Assembly (NCBI GenBank): GCA_963768835.1
Contig: CAVYJB010000002.1
Coordinates: 136,230 to 200,229 of the forward strand
Origin: an uncultured bacterium
Lineage (GTDB): Bacteria; Patescibacteriota; Minisyncoccia; UBA6257; GWB1-50-10
Direction of reading: 5' to 3'
DNA: 64,000 nt
In this document: in pieces, positions 9,644 to 19,183 of the stretch
Layout: each line of letters starts with the position of its first letter
How positions within the stretch are numbered: the stretch's first letter is position 1
The notes under the pieces: model-generated
Seen by the model: the letters and a program-made list of their open reading frames with translations, nothing else
Told to the model about the DNA's origin: nothing
Databases searched by the model: none
Program-made: the position numbers and the translations under genes

Positions 9644-10147
9644 TTATTTCTTGGTAATCTGTGTGACAAACCCTCGTCCGCCTTGCCGCGGCGGCATCGT
9701 GACGGTGAAAGGAATCTTGATCATCTTTAGGAACTCACCGAGTTTCATGAGCCCCCACTCTTTGTTTCCTTTCTCCCGTCCCCGGAGGCGGAGATCAATC
9801 TCTACCTTGTGGCCTTGCCCCAGGAACCGCTCCGCACGGTCTGCCTTGACCTGGAGGTCATTGAGAGCCGCTCGGGGGGTGATTCGAACCTGTTTTAATT
9901 CCTTTACCCGCTGGGCTAACCGCTGCTTCTTAAACTCCTTCTCTTTTTGATACCGGAACTTGTCAAAACTGATAATGCGGGCGACGGGCGGCTTAGCACC
10001 CGGGGCGACCTCGATAAGGTCCAAGCCCCGTTCCACGGCCATCCGGAGCGCTTCCTCCTTCCGCACCACGCCTAGGTTCTCCCCCTCGGGGCCGATCACG
10101 CGAAGTTCCGCGGCGGCTATTTGGTTGTTGATGCGGTACGGTTGGAT
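9644..10147 (-). CDS. infC: translation initiation factor IF-3, probable non-canonical ATC start
   Basis: RINNQI, LDLIEVAP, ELKQVR, LRGRE motifs; no ATG near the homologous start. Confidence 0.93.
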   Translation of the reverse strand: MQPYRINNQIAAAELRVIGPEGENLGVVRKEEALRMAVERGLDLIEVAPGAKPPVARIISFDKFRYQKEKEFKKQRLAQRVKELKQVRITPRAALNDLQVKADRAERFLGQGHKVEIDLRLRGREKGNKEWGLMKLGEFLKMIKIPFTVTMPPRQGGRGFVTQITKK

Positions 10148-10276
10148 AGGGGAATGATAACAGCCGACCCACGGTATGTAAAGACCTGCGTTTAAAAGAA
10201 AGAGCCTGTCCGAAATTTTCGGGCAGGCCCTTGAGGTGTTCGCCGGTGTTAATCGCCGTGCGCACATCATTCCTTT

Positions 10277-12103
10277 CTAATAGATTATATTTCCGTTTTT
10301 ATCCACAACGACAACAACTACCGTCCAAGCTGCCCGCACGACTCCGCTGCGGTACGCCCGCGCTGTAAGCACCGTGGTCCGCGCGAAAAGGTCCGAGATG
10401 CCAGACGACTGTCCTTGAAGCGAAACGTCCGTCTCCGCACCGTTCTTCGAAGGCAATCCCTCGATTGTCACGCGGTCGGCGTTCCGCGATCCCCACGTGA
10501 GGTCGCTGGACCACAGAATACTTCGCACGCCCATCGCTTGATTCCCACCACCCGAGCCCTCGTAGACCACCGGGTTCGGATCGGCTTTAAGCCAAACCGA
10601 AACGGTAAGCGTATCGATGACCGGAGGCGGTGTCACGGGCGGACGGACATAAACGAATCTAGAATCCGTTGCCTGTGGCATAGCGGGGAATCCGTTCACG
10701 CGGTACAGGACTTCGTTTTGACCCACCGTGAAGAGCCGCATCGAGACCGGTCCTTGAAGAACCGAAGGTCCGAAGTAACTCAGGTCCGCCGATGTTCCGA
10801 CGCCTGACACGTCCACCTCGAAGAGCTCACCCCAATTCACCGTATCCGGAGCGCTCAAGATATGAGCCTCGGTGTTCGGGAATGGAGCGCTTTCTGTGAT
10901 GAAGTACCAGACGGGAGACCAATCTCCAAATCCTGCCTGGTTCTTGCCCCGAGCCCGCCAGTAATATACGGTGCCATTCTTAAGAATAGCGCCGTTCTGG
11001 AGGGTTGATGCCACCGAAAGTGTAGTTCCTCCTACGCTGTCCCGTTCGAACACAATAGCCGAGAAATCGGCTTTCGTGCTGACCTGGATCATCGAGGAAA
11101 TGGCGTTCGGAGTGAAGTTCCAGGCTAATGTTGGCGCGAGAGGCATACTAGGCGCGCCATTCGCGGGATAGATAAGCGTGTAAGCCGCTGGTGGTTGCTG
11201 TGTAATTGCTGGTGCCGTCGTAAAGGTCCATTGTTCGGACCATGGGCCCGTAACGCCGGAACTCGTAACACCCTGCACCCGCCATGACCACTGCTTATCA
11301 TATCCTGCCGTAAACTGGAACGTATTAGTCGTGATGCCGAAGACCTGAGGACTAGCTAGACCCGTTTTGGCATCCAAGATCTGCAGGTTATAGGTCGCCG
11401 AGTTCGGTTCCAAATCCCAAAGAAGATTAACGCTTATACCGAGGCCGTTCATACCATTTGTCGGGGCTCGGAGCACTAGTGCGCCGGGCGCCGGTTTGGA
11501 TCCTCGGACGTAGAATGTGATCTGGCGCACGATAGGTATCGTCGGAGCTCCATATCCTGTCACAACGACGGTCTCGGTATTCGGACCGATTGTTACCGCG
11601 AAGGTACTGTTTGGAGCCACTGTCCCTATTTTATTACAGACCACGAGCGTCGCGTTGGTGCTGTCAGTGATGTAGACCGAACCAGGATTCACGGTGTCTC
11701 CGTGGATGTCCTGGTCGCTCGTAAGTTTCATTGCTAGCGGTGTCGGTGGTCCTAGCGGAGCATTCTGTAGATACACAGTCACGGGCGGCGTCGGAAATCC
11801 CGCTTGCACCCTTGCCTCTGCATAAGAAGGGAGATATCCCATCGAATCCACTCGACAGATATAAGTTCCCTCGGTTTGCGGGGCGTAAACCGCCGGAGTC
11901 GTTCCCCGGAACACGGTGATACCAGCCACTGTAAGGAGCGTTGCATTTGCTCCCAGTGGATTTGAAATTACGAAGATCGTATCAAGCGTTGCCTGCTGTT
12001 CGGGTGGCGCAGTCGGCGAGAGGGGCAAGTCCTTCTTGGACATGCACCCCGCGAGAAACGCCAGGATCGCCAGGAAGGCGAACAACCATTTGCTTTTCAT
12101 CAC
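10277..12103 (-). CDS. predicted lipoprotein with fibronectin type III-like repeats
   Basis: Lipobox LAGC; two L..P.NG...W...W.WRV.G/YYWRARG...WS..W.F.T repeats. Confidence 0.75.
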   Translation of the reverse strand: MMKSKWLFAFLAILAFLAGCMSKKDLPLSPTAPPEQQATLDTIFVISNPLGANATLLTVAGITVFRGTTPAVYAPQTEGTYICRVDSMGYLPSYAEARVQAGFPTPPVTVYLQNAPLGPPTPLAMKLTSDQDIHGDTVNPGSVYITDSTNATLVVCNKIGTVAPNSTFAVTIGPNTETVVVTGYGAPTIPIVRQITFYVRGSKPAPGALVLRAPTNGMNGLGISVNLLWDLEPNSATYNLQILDAKTGLASPQVFGITTNTFQFTAGYDKQWSWRVQGVTSSGVTGPWSEQWTFTTAPAITQQPPAAYTLIYPANGAPSMPLAPTLAWNFTPNAISSMIQVSTKADFSAIVFERDSVGGTTLSVASTLQNGAILKNGTVYYWRARGKNQAGFGDWSPVWYFITESAPFPNTEAHILSAPDTVNWGELFEVDVSGVGTSADLSYFGPSVLQGPVSMRLFTVGQNEVLYRVNGFPAMPQATDSRFVYVRPPVTPPPVIDTLTVSVWLKADPNPVVYEGSGGGNQAMGVRSILWSSDLTWGSRNADRVTIEGLPSKNGAETDVSLQGQSSGISDLFARTTVLTARAYRSGVVRAAWTVVVVVVDKNGNIIY

Positions 12104-12137
12104 TTACCATCCTTTCGTAGTTGGTATAAGGGTTAGC

Positions 12138-13118
12138 TCACTTCAATAATCGGTAGGAGAAACTAATCCCTCCAGCAAATCCGAGCTTTAACGGGTTGCT
12201 TGCGCTTCCCAGCTGGGTGTAGGTAGAGGGTTGAATCCCCAAGTTTCCAGTCAGAAGCAGGTTGTCCCCAATCCCAATACGGGCTGTGGGGCCGACAGTA
12301 AGACCTGGTGTGTCGCGAAGAAACTTGAATTCGTCCGCAATCGCCTCGTAAGCAATGGAGAATTTACCTTGGATACCCCACCAACTGGAGGTGGGATAAA
12401 TCTCAAGGCCGACGGAGAAGATTGCGTCCGCGAGACGCCCGTACGTGGGATCCTTCTGCTTGGGTCTCCAATGGCCGGCCAAGAGAATAAAAACCGGTTC
12501 TTTTCCGATGGAGAGCGAAAGCCCTGGAGCCCAGTAGTACATTTCAGGCGTCGAGACGCCTGCGATGCTAGCACCTAAGGAGATATTGAGATTTGAGGAG
12601 GATTTCCAAGAACTCGCAGCAACGTCCCTAATAGAACCCTTGGAGGTATCACCCAGAACCGTTGTGTAGTAGTTATTGATGGTCGAGGAGGGTATCTGTT
12701 GCGTCCGATGAACGCGCACCACCCTCAAGCCCCGTTCCCGTTTATGCTTCACAACTTCTCCCCGTGTTTCGCCGCGGCCAGCGCGAGCCTTGCCCGCATC
12801 GGCACGTTCGGCGGCGAAATCCCGGTTTAAGGGTCGCTGAAGCGCTTTCTCGAACTTGGAACCGGTCGAAAACTTTCGATAGACCGGCGTTGCCGAGTCA
12901 GCGGTTCCGATGAAAAGAAGCGTGTAGGAACTATCAGGTGTGGATGCAATAAATACATCCACAGCCTTCCAGCCACCCACAGGTTCAAGCGACTTCGGAT
13001 TGTTATACCGATAGGGTTGGAACCGTACGAAGAGCGTGTCCCCGGCCTCCGCGTCTTGCGGCAGGAGGAACGCGAGAACAACCAATACGACTATGGCACA
13101 GACTGCTTTCATGGCCAA
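12138..13118 (-). CDS. secreted protein with C-terminal amphipathic beta-strand region
   Basis: Signal peptide ending AEA; alternating hydrophobic strands; ends ISFSYRLLK; AAGGAG RBS. Confidence 0.65.
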   Translation of the reverse strand: MAMKAVCAIVVLVVLAFLLPQDAEAGDTLFVRFQPYRYNNPKSLEPVGGWKAVDVFIASTPDSSYTLLFIGTADSATPVYRKFSTGSKFEKALQRPLNRDFAAERADAGKARAGRGETRGEVVKHKRERGLRVVRVHRTQQIPSSTINNYYTTVLGDTSKGSIRDVAASSWKSSSNLNISLGASIAGVSTPEMYYWAPGLSLSIGKEPVFILLAGHWRPKQKDPTYGRLADAIFSVGLEIYPTSSWWGIQGKFSIAYEAIADEFKFLRDTPGLTVGPTARIGIGDNLLLTGNLGIQPSTYTQLGSASNPLKLGFAGGISFSYRLLK

Positions 13119-13309
13119 CTCCTTCTTTAAGGTTAGTGGTAGTTGTTTGTTGTCTCATATTCAGTTTTCAATGGACACTTTTGTATATACGTTCAAATCT
13201 CCGAATCGAGATTTTGGACGTCTACAATTGCGACCATATATTAGTTGAAATATGTATTTCTGTCAAGTACCAACGATGATAATCGTAGGTTAAGGAATAA
13301 TCTCACTGC

Positions 13310-15067
13310 TCATTCTGCGGGCAGCTCGTCACTCGCAATCTGTTGTCGCCAGAGGGCAGCATAGAGCCCTTTTTGTTCAAGGAGTTCGCGGTGCTTACCA
13401 ATCTCGGCGATTTTCCCATGTTCGAGGACCACAATGGAGTCCGAATGGACGACCGTGGAGAGACGGTGCGCGACGAGAACGGTGATAAGACCGGGGCGTC
13501 CATTCCGAATGTCGCGAATGGTTTTCGTGATCTCCTCCTCGGTCAAGGAATCTAGACTTGAGGTTGCCTCATCAAAAATAATGAGGTCGGGGTCGCGGAG
13601 GAGCGCTCGGGCAATGGCGAGGCGTTGTTTTTCACCACCGGAGAGTTTTAGCCCACCTTCCCCGATACGGGTTTCAAGTCCTTCGCCACCCCGCGAGAGT
13701 ACTTTCTCGGCTGCGGCTGCGCGCATGGCCTCGCGACACTCGTCGTCCGAAGCTCCTGGATGTGCGAAGAGGAGATTCTCGCGGATAGTACCTGCAAAAA
13801 GTTGTGTATCCTGAGATACAAGACCGATGCGGGCGCGAAGCGCCTCTAAATCAAGCCGAGTAAGCGATACACCATTCATTCGCACCTCGCCTGTGGTTGG
13901 GGGGTAAAGACCAACAAGAAGCTTCACGAGCGTGGTCTTGCCTGAACCCGAGGGCCCCACAAATGCGACAGTTTCTCCAGCTCTGATATGGAGGGAAATA
14001 TCTTTTACTGCGGGCGTCTGCGAGGTTGCGTAGCGGAAGGAAACATTCTCAAAGGTCACTTCCGCGAGTCGGCCGACCGTCTCCGGATGTTCCGGTTTCT
14101 TCTCCACGGGCGTCTGGAGGATCTCATCCAACCGGCCAAGGCTCGCCCGCGCTTCCTGGTAGTTCTGTGCCACGGTGCCCAAGTCCCCGAGTGGTTGGAA
14201 AATAGCGAAGGAGTAGAAGAAAAGACTGAAGAGGTGCCCAAGCGACATCAGATTACTGAAAACGAGCCAAAGCATAAGGAGGAGCAATCCGGAGCGTAGC
14301 GCATTAATAAGCGTTCCTTGGATGAAGGAAAGCTTCCGAACGAGCTTCACTTTCGTGAGTTCGAGTGTGAGAATAGCGTCGTTTGTGGTGTTCAGTCTTT
14401 TAATTTCCTGTCCTTCGAGCCCCAGACTCTTCACAAGCTCGACGTTTCGTAAGGTTTCCGTGGTCGAGCCTGCGAGTGCGGCGGTTTCTTTGTTGATGCG
14501 CTGCTGTGCCGTCTTTATCTTCCGACTTATGAAGAAGGTGGCAGAACCCAGGGTCGGGAGGATGAGAAGATAAGTAAGGCCGACCGTCCAATGGACCGTG
14601 AAGGCATAGATAACGACGAAAAGAATACCAACCATGGAGAGGAAGACGGTATTCACGCCGCTCTGGATGAGGGTCTGGGCATCCAATCGAGCTTTCTGGA
14701 GCTTCTGAAGGAATTCGCCCGAACGCTGGTCCTCAAAAACCGCGTACGGGAGAGAAAAGGAGTGCTCTACGCTGTGGGCATACATTGCGGTGCCCACTCG
14801 TTGCATGATGACGTTTACGTGGTAATCTTGGAAGTTTTTTGCGACTCGCGAGATAAAAGCGACGCTTACGGAGGCAAGAAGGAGGACGCCGACGCCGCTC
14901 AGAAACTGCTGCGGGGTGAGAGAACCAATCTTCGTGGCATAGTTGTCCACAATGCGCTGGAAGATTTGCGGGTCAAGGAGGGAGAAAACCTGGTTTATGG
15001 TTGCAAGGACGAGCGCAAGGACCAGTGTCTTTCGATATTGATTGATATAATTCCAAAGGAGTTTCAT
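13310..15067 (-). CDS. ABC exporter, fused permease/ATPase
   Basis: GPSGSGKT, LSGGEKQR, IFDEATSSLD motifs plus N-terminal TM domain. Confidence 0.95.
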   Translation of the reverse strand: MKLLWNYINQYRKTLVLALVLATINQVFSLLDPQIFQRIVDNYATKIGSLTPQQFLSGVGVLLLASVSVAFISRVAKNFQDYHVNVIMQRVGTAMYAHSVEHSFSLPYAVFEDQRSGEFLQKLQKARLDAQTLIQSGVNTVFLSMVGILFVVIYAFTVHWTVGLTYLLILPTLGSATFFISRKIKTAQQRINKETAALAGSTTETLRNVELVKSLGLEGQEIKRLNTTNDAILTLELTKVKLVRKLSFIQGTLINALRSGLLLLMLWLVFSNLMSLGHLFSLFFYSFAIFQPLGDLGTVAQNYQEARASLGRLDEILQTPVEKKPEHPETVGRLAEVTFENVSFRYATSQTPAVKDISLHIRAGETVAFVGPSGSGKTTLVKLLVGLYPPTTGEVRMNGVSLTRLDLEALRARIGLVSQDTQLFAGTIRENLLFAHPGASDDECREAMRAAAAEKVLSRGGEGLETRIGEGGLKLSGGEKQRLAIARALLRDPDLIIFDEATSSLDSLTEEEITKTIRDIRNGRPGLITVLVAHRLSTVVHSDSIVVLEHGKIAEIGKHRELLEQKGLYAALWRQQIASDELPAE

Positions 15068-15148
15068 GGCGTAATGATGCGGATTATACCATGAGGTGAG
15101 GAATTTCCCTATGATGCCGCCCCCATGGGAGTATGCTACACTCTTCCA

Positions 15149-15640
15149 ATGACCAACAAAGAGTTTTTCCTAAAGACGTTCGGTTCGGAGAAGAAGGTGT
15201 TCAGTCGAGTGTTCGCGGCGGTCCCTGCGGATCACCAGGATTACAAGCCCGACCCCAAGTCGAAGACAGCAGTGGAGCTCGCAGCGACCATCGCCAGTGA
15301 ACTGATGGGGCTGTCCCAGGTGATAAAAGCGGGGACACTCGATTTCTCGAAGGGGATGCCGCCGATGCCTAAAGCGATGCCTGAGATCGTTAAGATACTT
15401 GACCAAGGCGTGTCAGCGCTCGAAGCAACGGTTGCGGCCGCGTCAGACGTCGAGTGGGAGACGAAGACGCTCACTATGATTTACCCGCAAGGAAAATGGG
15501 AGTCGAAGATGATGGATATGTGTTGGGGACTCCTTTTTGACGTAGTCCACCACCGCGGACAGCTATCGACCTACCTCCGCGCGATGGGCGGCAAGGTCCC
15601 CTCGATTTACGGTCCGTCCGCCGACTCAACGGGGATGTAG
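15149..15640 (+). CDS. DinB family protein
   Basis: DYKPDPKS and HHRGQLSTYLR..G.KVPSIYGPSAD signature. Confidence 0.9.
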   Translation: MTNKEFFLKTFGSEKKVFSRVFAAVPADHQDYKPDPKSKTAVELAATIASELMGLSQVIKAGTLDFSKGMPPMPKAMPEIVKILDQGVSALEATVAAASDVEWETKTLTMIYPQGKWESKMMDMCWGLLFDVVHHRGQLSTYLRAMGGKVPSIYGPSADSTGM

Positions 15641-15766
15641 GACGGGACGTTCTACCTATTTCTAATTATACGCAAACCCCGCCGGTGAGGCGGGGTTCAG
15701 CTTGCGTTCAGTGAAGGTAATACAGTAGGTTGTCTCTAGAAAACAACCTACCGTTTTACTCAACTG

Positions 15767-16084
15767 CTATTGGCGATTACATGGTGGGTCATACTTATCC
15801 CGCAGTTCCTTCTCAATCGCCCTTCGATTGTCGGCTGTGTACCGGTCAGACGGTGTCGAGAGAACAGCAACATACAGTGAGCCGTTACAGCTCCTTTTCC
15901 AGCAGGCCGCTCGCTCGTGGTTTGAAAGGCGAGTTCCTAGCTGGCCGGTCTCTCCGATATACACAGCTTCATAATTCGCGTCACTGTGACGGCAGAGAAT
16001 TACATAAACAGCGGCGTGATTGATGAAATCCGTTCCGCTCAGCAACCACGGGCCCTCGAAGCCGTACTTTCCAATTGTTATCAT
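15767..16084 (-). CDS. GIY-YIG-like nuclease
   Basis: AVYVIL...VYIGET..L..RL..H pattern and conserved C-terminal E. Confidence 0.7.
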   Translation of the reverse strand: MITIGKYGFEGPWLLSGTDFINHAAVYVILCRHSDANYEAVYIGETGQLGTRLSNHERAACWKRSCNGSLYVAVLSTPSDRYTADNRRAIEKELRDKYDPPCNRQ

Positions 16085-16235
16085 TGGCGTCTTGCTCCGT
16101 CGACCCGTTGGGGTATAGTTATATACGACCCAACGGGTTGTGGATTAATCGGTGCGACTTTTTGAAGGGTTTTCACCGACTCCACGTTTCTTGTCCAACA
16201 GTCAGGGCCCCAAGCCCTGGCTGTTTGATATTGAG

Positions 16236-16985
16236 TTAACCACCGATTTCATTTTCAGATTCGTTGTCCCTCGTTACGGGTAGGCACTCTCTTTCGAATT
16301 CATTAATGGCATCCTTCACTCTCTTTAGCTTCCCCTCCAACATTCCATCAATCGCTGTTTGAGCATTGGGGATCTTGAGCTCTACACCGCCAGGGAAACG
16401 AATTGTAGTGAAACCCTCATCTTTCTCACGCAACTCCTTTAGATTGGATTTATTTGTTCGGGAAGCACTACTCGCGTTTGCGCTGTTTTTACCTATTCGA
16501 GTATTATTCGCAGCTCGTTTCCTGGGCTGGAGAGATCCTTCTTTAAGTCCCGCCTGCTCACACAGCCACAAAAATGCAGGAACGGCGGCTCCAACTACCC
16601 GGGGAGTGAGGTTGTAACGAAAGGTAAATTCATTCTTTAGCTCGGCCATCTCAAGTTTATGTGGCTCCGCGACCGCGCTGAACAACGAGGAATAAGCATT
16701 TCTTACCATTGCCTCTATTTCCTTTTTCCTCGCGTCGCCCTGAAGGTGAAACTTCTTCGCAAGTGGGGTTGCCTTTCCGGTCGCATCTACGATTCCGAGG
16801 AAACGCAAGGCGCCCATCGCTAGATAAGAATCGCTGTAACCGAACCCCTGTGCCTTAAGATACCCACCGGTAATCTCCGTGAGGCTACGGGTCGAGAGAA
16901 GTCCTAGCAGCTTTTCCAGGCCTGGGAGGGCAAGGTATGGGGGAGTGCCGGTCTGATTTCCAGCCTCCGTTGTGATGTCTGACAT
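16236..16985 (-). CDS. DUF5343-like protein
   Basis: PPY start, LRFLGIVD..GKAT and F..LC..AG pattern (recognised by eye). Confidence 0.6.
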   Translation of the reverse strand: MSDITTEAGNQTGTPPYLALPGLEKLLGLLSTRSLTEITGGYLKAQGFGYSDSYLAMGALRFLGIVDATGKATPLAKKFHLQGDARKKEIEAMVRNAYSSLFSAVAEPHKLEMAELKNEFTFRYNLTPRVVGAAVPAFLWLCEQAGLKEGSLQPRKRAANNTRIGKNSANASSASRTNKSNLKELREKDEGFTTIRFPGGVELKIPNAQTAIDGMLEGKLKRVKDAINEFERECLPVTRDNESENEIGG

Positions 16986-17449
16986 ACTTCTGCGTTTGTT
17001 TAGTATCCGGCCGACCTTGAGTGAAACCCAACACCGGAAGTTCTATTTTAGCAGAGCGCCCATAGAAGTCAAGCCCCAGAATACCATGACTGAATTATCC
17101 TTTAAATACATATATAATATATGTATCATGAATCTAGAGTGTTCTGGGAGATATGTTACGTTTTTTTGAATCATAGTCATGACCATCTCATCTTCAAGGA
17201 AAGATTGACCATTTACCATCCCATTTTCCAGTTCTCCTCTGGTCGCCAACCCTAGCCATAAATAAAACGCCCCGTCATAAAGATGCGATGTTCTACTCTT
17301 GTGGAAACCAGTGGTCCACGTTGGACTTTGGGGAGTACCTGCGGCAGCTGCCGGGGTTGATGAATAAGGAGGTGATTGTCTTCTGGTGAAATAAAGAAGC
17401 CGCCACGTACTGTGACGGCCCCGAATAAGACAACAAGACTCTCTCACGC

Positions 17450-18079
17450 TTATGAACCTCTCAAGCGGTCCAGCTGCTTGAACAGCGGTACCACCTCCAC
17501 CACACGGTTTTCACCAGTATAGTCTGTGAAATTTTGATACACCGTGAATCCCGCCCTCTTGCATATTCCGTGAAATTTCCAGAAGTCCTTTTTTGCAAGG
17601 CCAAGCTGATGCCGAGCGAGACCGACATCTTCCTGGAGTGATCTGTATCGCTCAGCCTTCTCACCCGGTTCAAGCGAGGCACTGCCTTTTGTGAGCTTCT
17701 CAATTGCGGTGCAGGCCTTACGCTCACGCATGTCCGCGGACGCAAATCCACGAGCGAGAACCGTGAGCCGCTTATTCACATCCGGCTGTAACAGCTGGAT
17801 CAGGGAGGAATCCCCTCTGATTTCGCTGAGAGTGATTTTGTTTGTTACAACACACCCCCACTCTTCCTCGTCCTCGGACATTCGTTTCCGGTGAGCGGCG
17901 AGGTCTATGGTATGTGCTGCGCTTGCAATAAATAAGAGGCAAACAAAAAAACTTACGCCGACGAACACCGACCCCATCATGGGACTAATGAACATCACAG
18001 CAATCGCAATCACTGTAGCAATTGCGAGGATAAGGCATGTGATGAAATGCCCCCGTGCATATTTCCATGCGGTTTTCAT
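17450..18079 (-). CDS. hypothetical membrane protein
   Basis: Two N-terminal TM helices plus coiled region; AGGAGAGG RBS; TTGACT-17-TATAAT promoter upstream. Confidence 0.65.
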   Translation of the reverse strand: MKTAWKYARGHFITCLILAIATVIAIAVMFISPMMGSVFVGVSFFVCLLFIASAAHTIDLAAHRKRMSEDEEEWGCVVTNKITLSEIRGDSSLIQLLQPDVNKRLTVLARGFASADMRERKACTAIEKLTKGSASLEPGEKAERYRSLQEDVGLARHQLGLAKKDFWKFHGICKRAGFTVYQNFTDYTGENRVVEVVPLFKQLDRLRGS

Positions 18080-18364
18080 CGAACCTCTCCTTTCGTGCCG
18101 TTCTGCGGCACATTAGGCGAGCTGTTCTTCAGCTCGAGGTTTGCCATACGACGCAGATTGGTGCTGTTCATAGCAGCCCGTTTTCTCGCGCCCATTCCCT
18201 GATTTTCAAGGAACACTTATATTATATTCTATTTTGTTATAAAAGTCAATAGCGATTGGTTTCGGTTCAACTCCACCCGCCTATTAGGAATTTTGACTCC
18301 GAAAAAGGGAAAACAACGCTCAAAAAGCGTTGATTTTCCTAGCGTCCCAACATGCATAGAACTG

Positions 18365-18673
18365 TGGAGATGGCCGGAGTTGAACCGGCGTCCAAAGCGC
18401 TGCCCATGAACCTTCTACATGCTTAGATCTCTTGCGAGAACGAATTTTGGTTCTATTTTTAGTTCAAGCGTCCGAACCAACTCCGCTTAAACGATCCTAC
18501 GATATGACACCAGGCATCCTCTAGTAGGCACCGAGGGCTGATGCTACGCTACGCGTATGCGAGCGCAGGAACTGCAGTTTTGTTGGCAGTTATCGGTTGT
18601 GACCGGATTTACGAGACGATCAGCTCGGCGTGCCAACCCATTGGCGGGCGCTCTGTCGAAGCCCAACATCCCC
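18365..18673 (-). ncRNA. ssrA: tmRNA; tag peptide (A)ANKTAVPALAYA*
   Basis: GGGGATG / CATCTCCA acceptor stem with G3-U wobble, T-arm GGTTCAACTCC, ATAACT-GCC resume context; adjacent to smpB. Confidence 0.95.
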
Positions 18674-18692
18674 ATGTGTAGTTGACAAGAAA

Positions 18693-19133
18693 CTATAAAC
18701 TGCTGGCTCTCCGGATTTCGCGCTCAGTCTCGCGTTTCTTAATAACTTCCCGCTTGTCGCTTTTTTTCCTCCCCTTCCCGAGTCCGAGCTCTAACTTCAC
18801 GAATCCGCGGTGAGTATACGCCTTGAGAGGTACGAGCGTCAAACCAGACTGGATCTTGCCTATAAGATAAGAGATCTCAGTCCTTTTTAGGAGAAGCTTT
18901 CGCGTCCGAGTTGCATCATAGTCGGACGGTATATTTTTGGGCTGGAATGATTGAATATTCGCCCCAATGAGGTAGAGTTCGCCCCCCCGGATAATGACAT
19001 GGCTCCCCGCGATATCGAGCCGGCCCATCTTTGCCGACCTCGTCTCATGGCCGGTAAGCACAAGACCGGCATCGTATTTCTCTACGACATCGTAGTCAAA
19101 TGTGGCACGCCTATTAAGCGAAAGTTCTGTCAC
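18693..19133 (-). CDS. smpB: SsrA-binding protein
   Basis: NRRATFDY, AGLVLTGHE, RKLLL, GKGRKKSDKR. Confidence 0.96.
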   Translation of the reverse strand: MTELSLNRRATFDYDVVEKYDAGLVLTGHETRSAKMGRLDIAGSHVIIRGGELYLIGANIQSFQPKNIPSDYDATRTRKLLLKRTEISYLIGKIQSGLTLVPLKAYTHRGFVKLELGLGKGRKKSDKREVIKKRETEREIRRASSL

Positions 19134-19183
19134 AGGTGATTTCAGGTTAGCATATTTGCCATGCTTCTGCTTTAATAAACTCG

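Noticed and set aside
17043-17447. 134-aa ORF
   Set aside because: No RBS or recognisable motifs; composition looks like intergenic sequence
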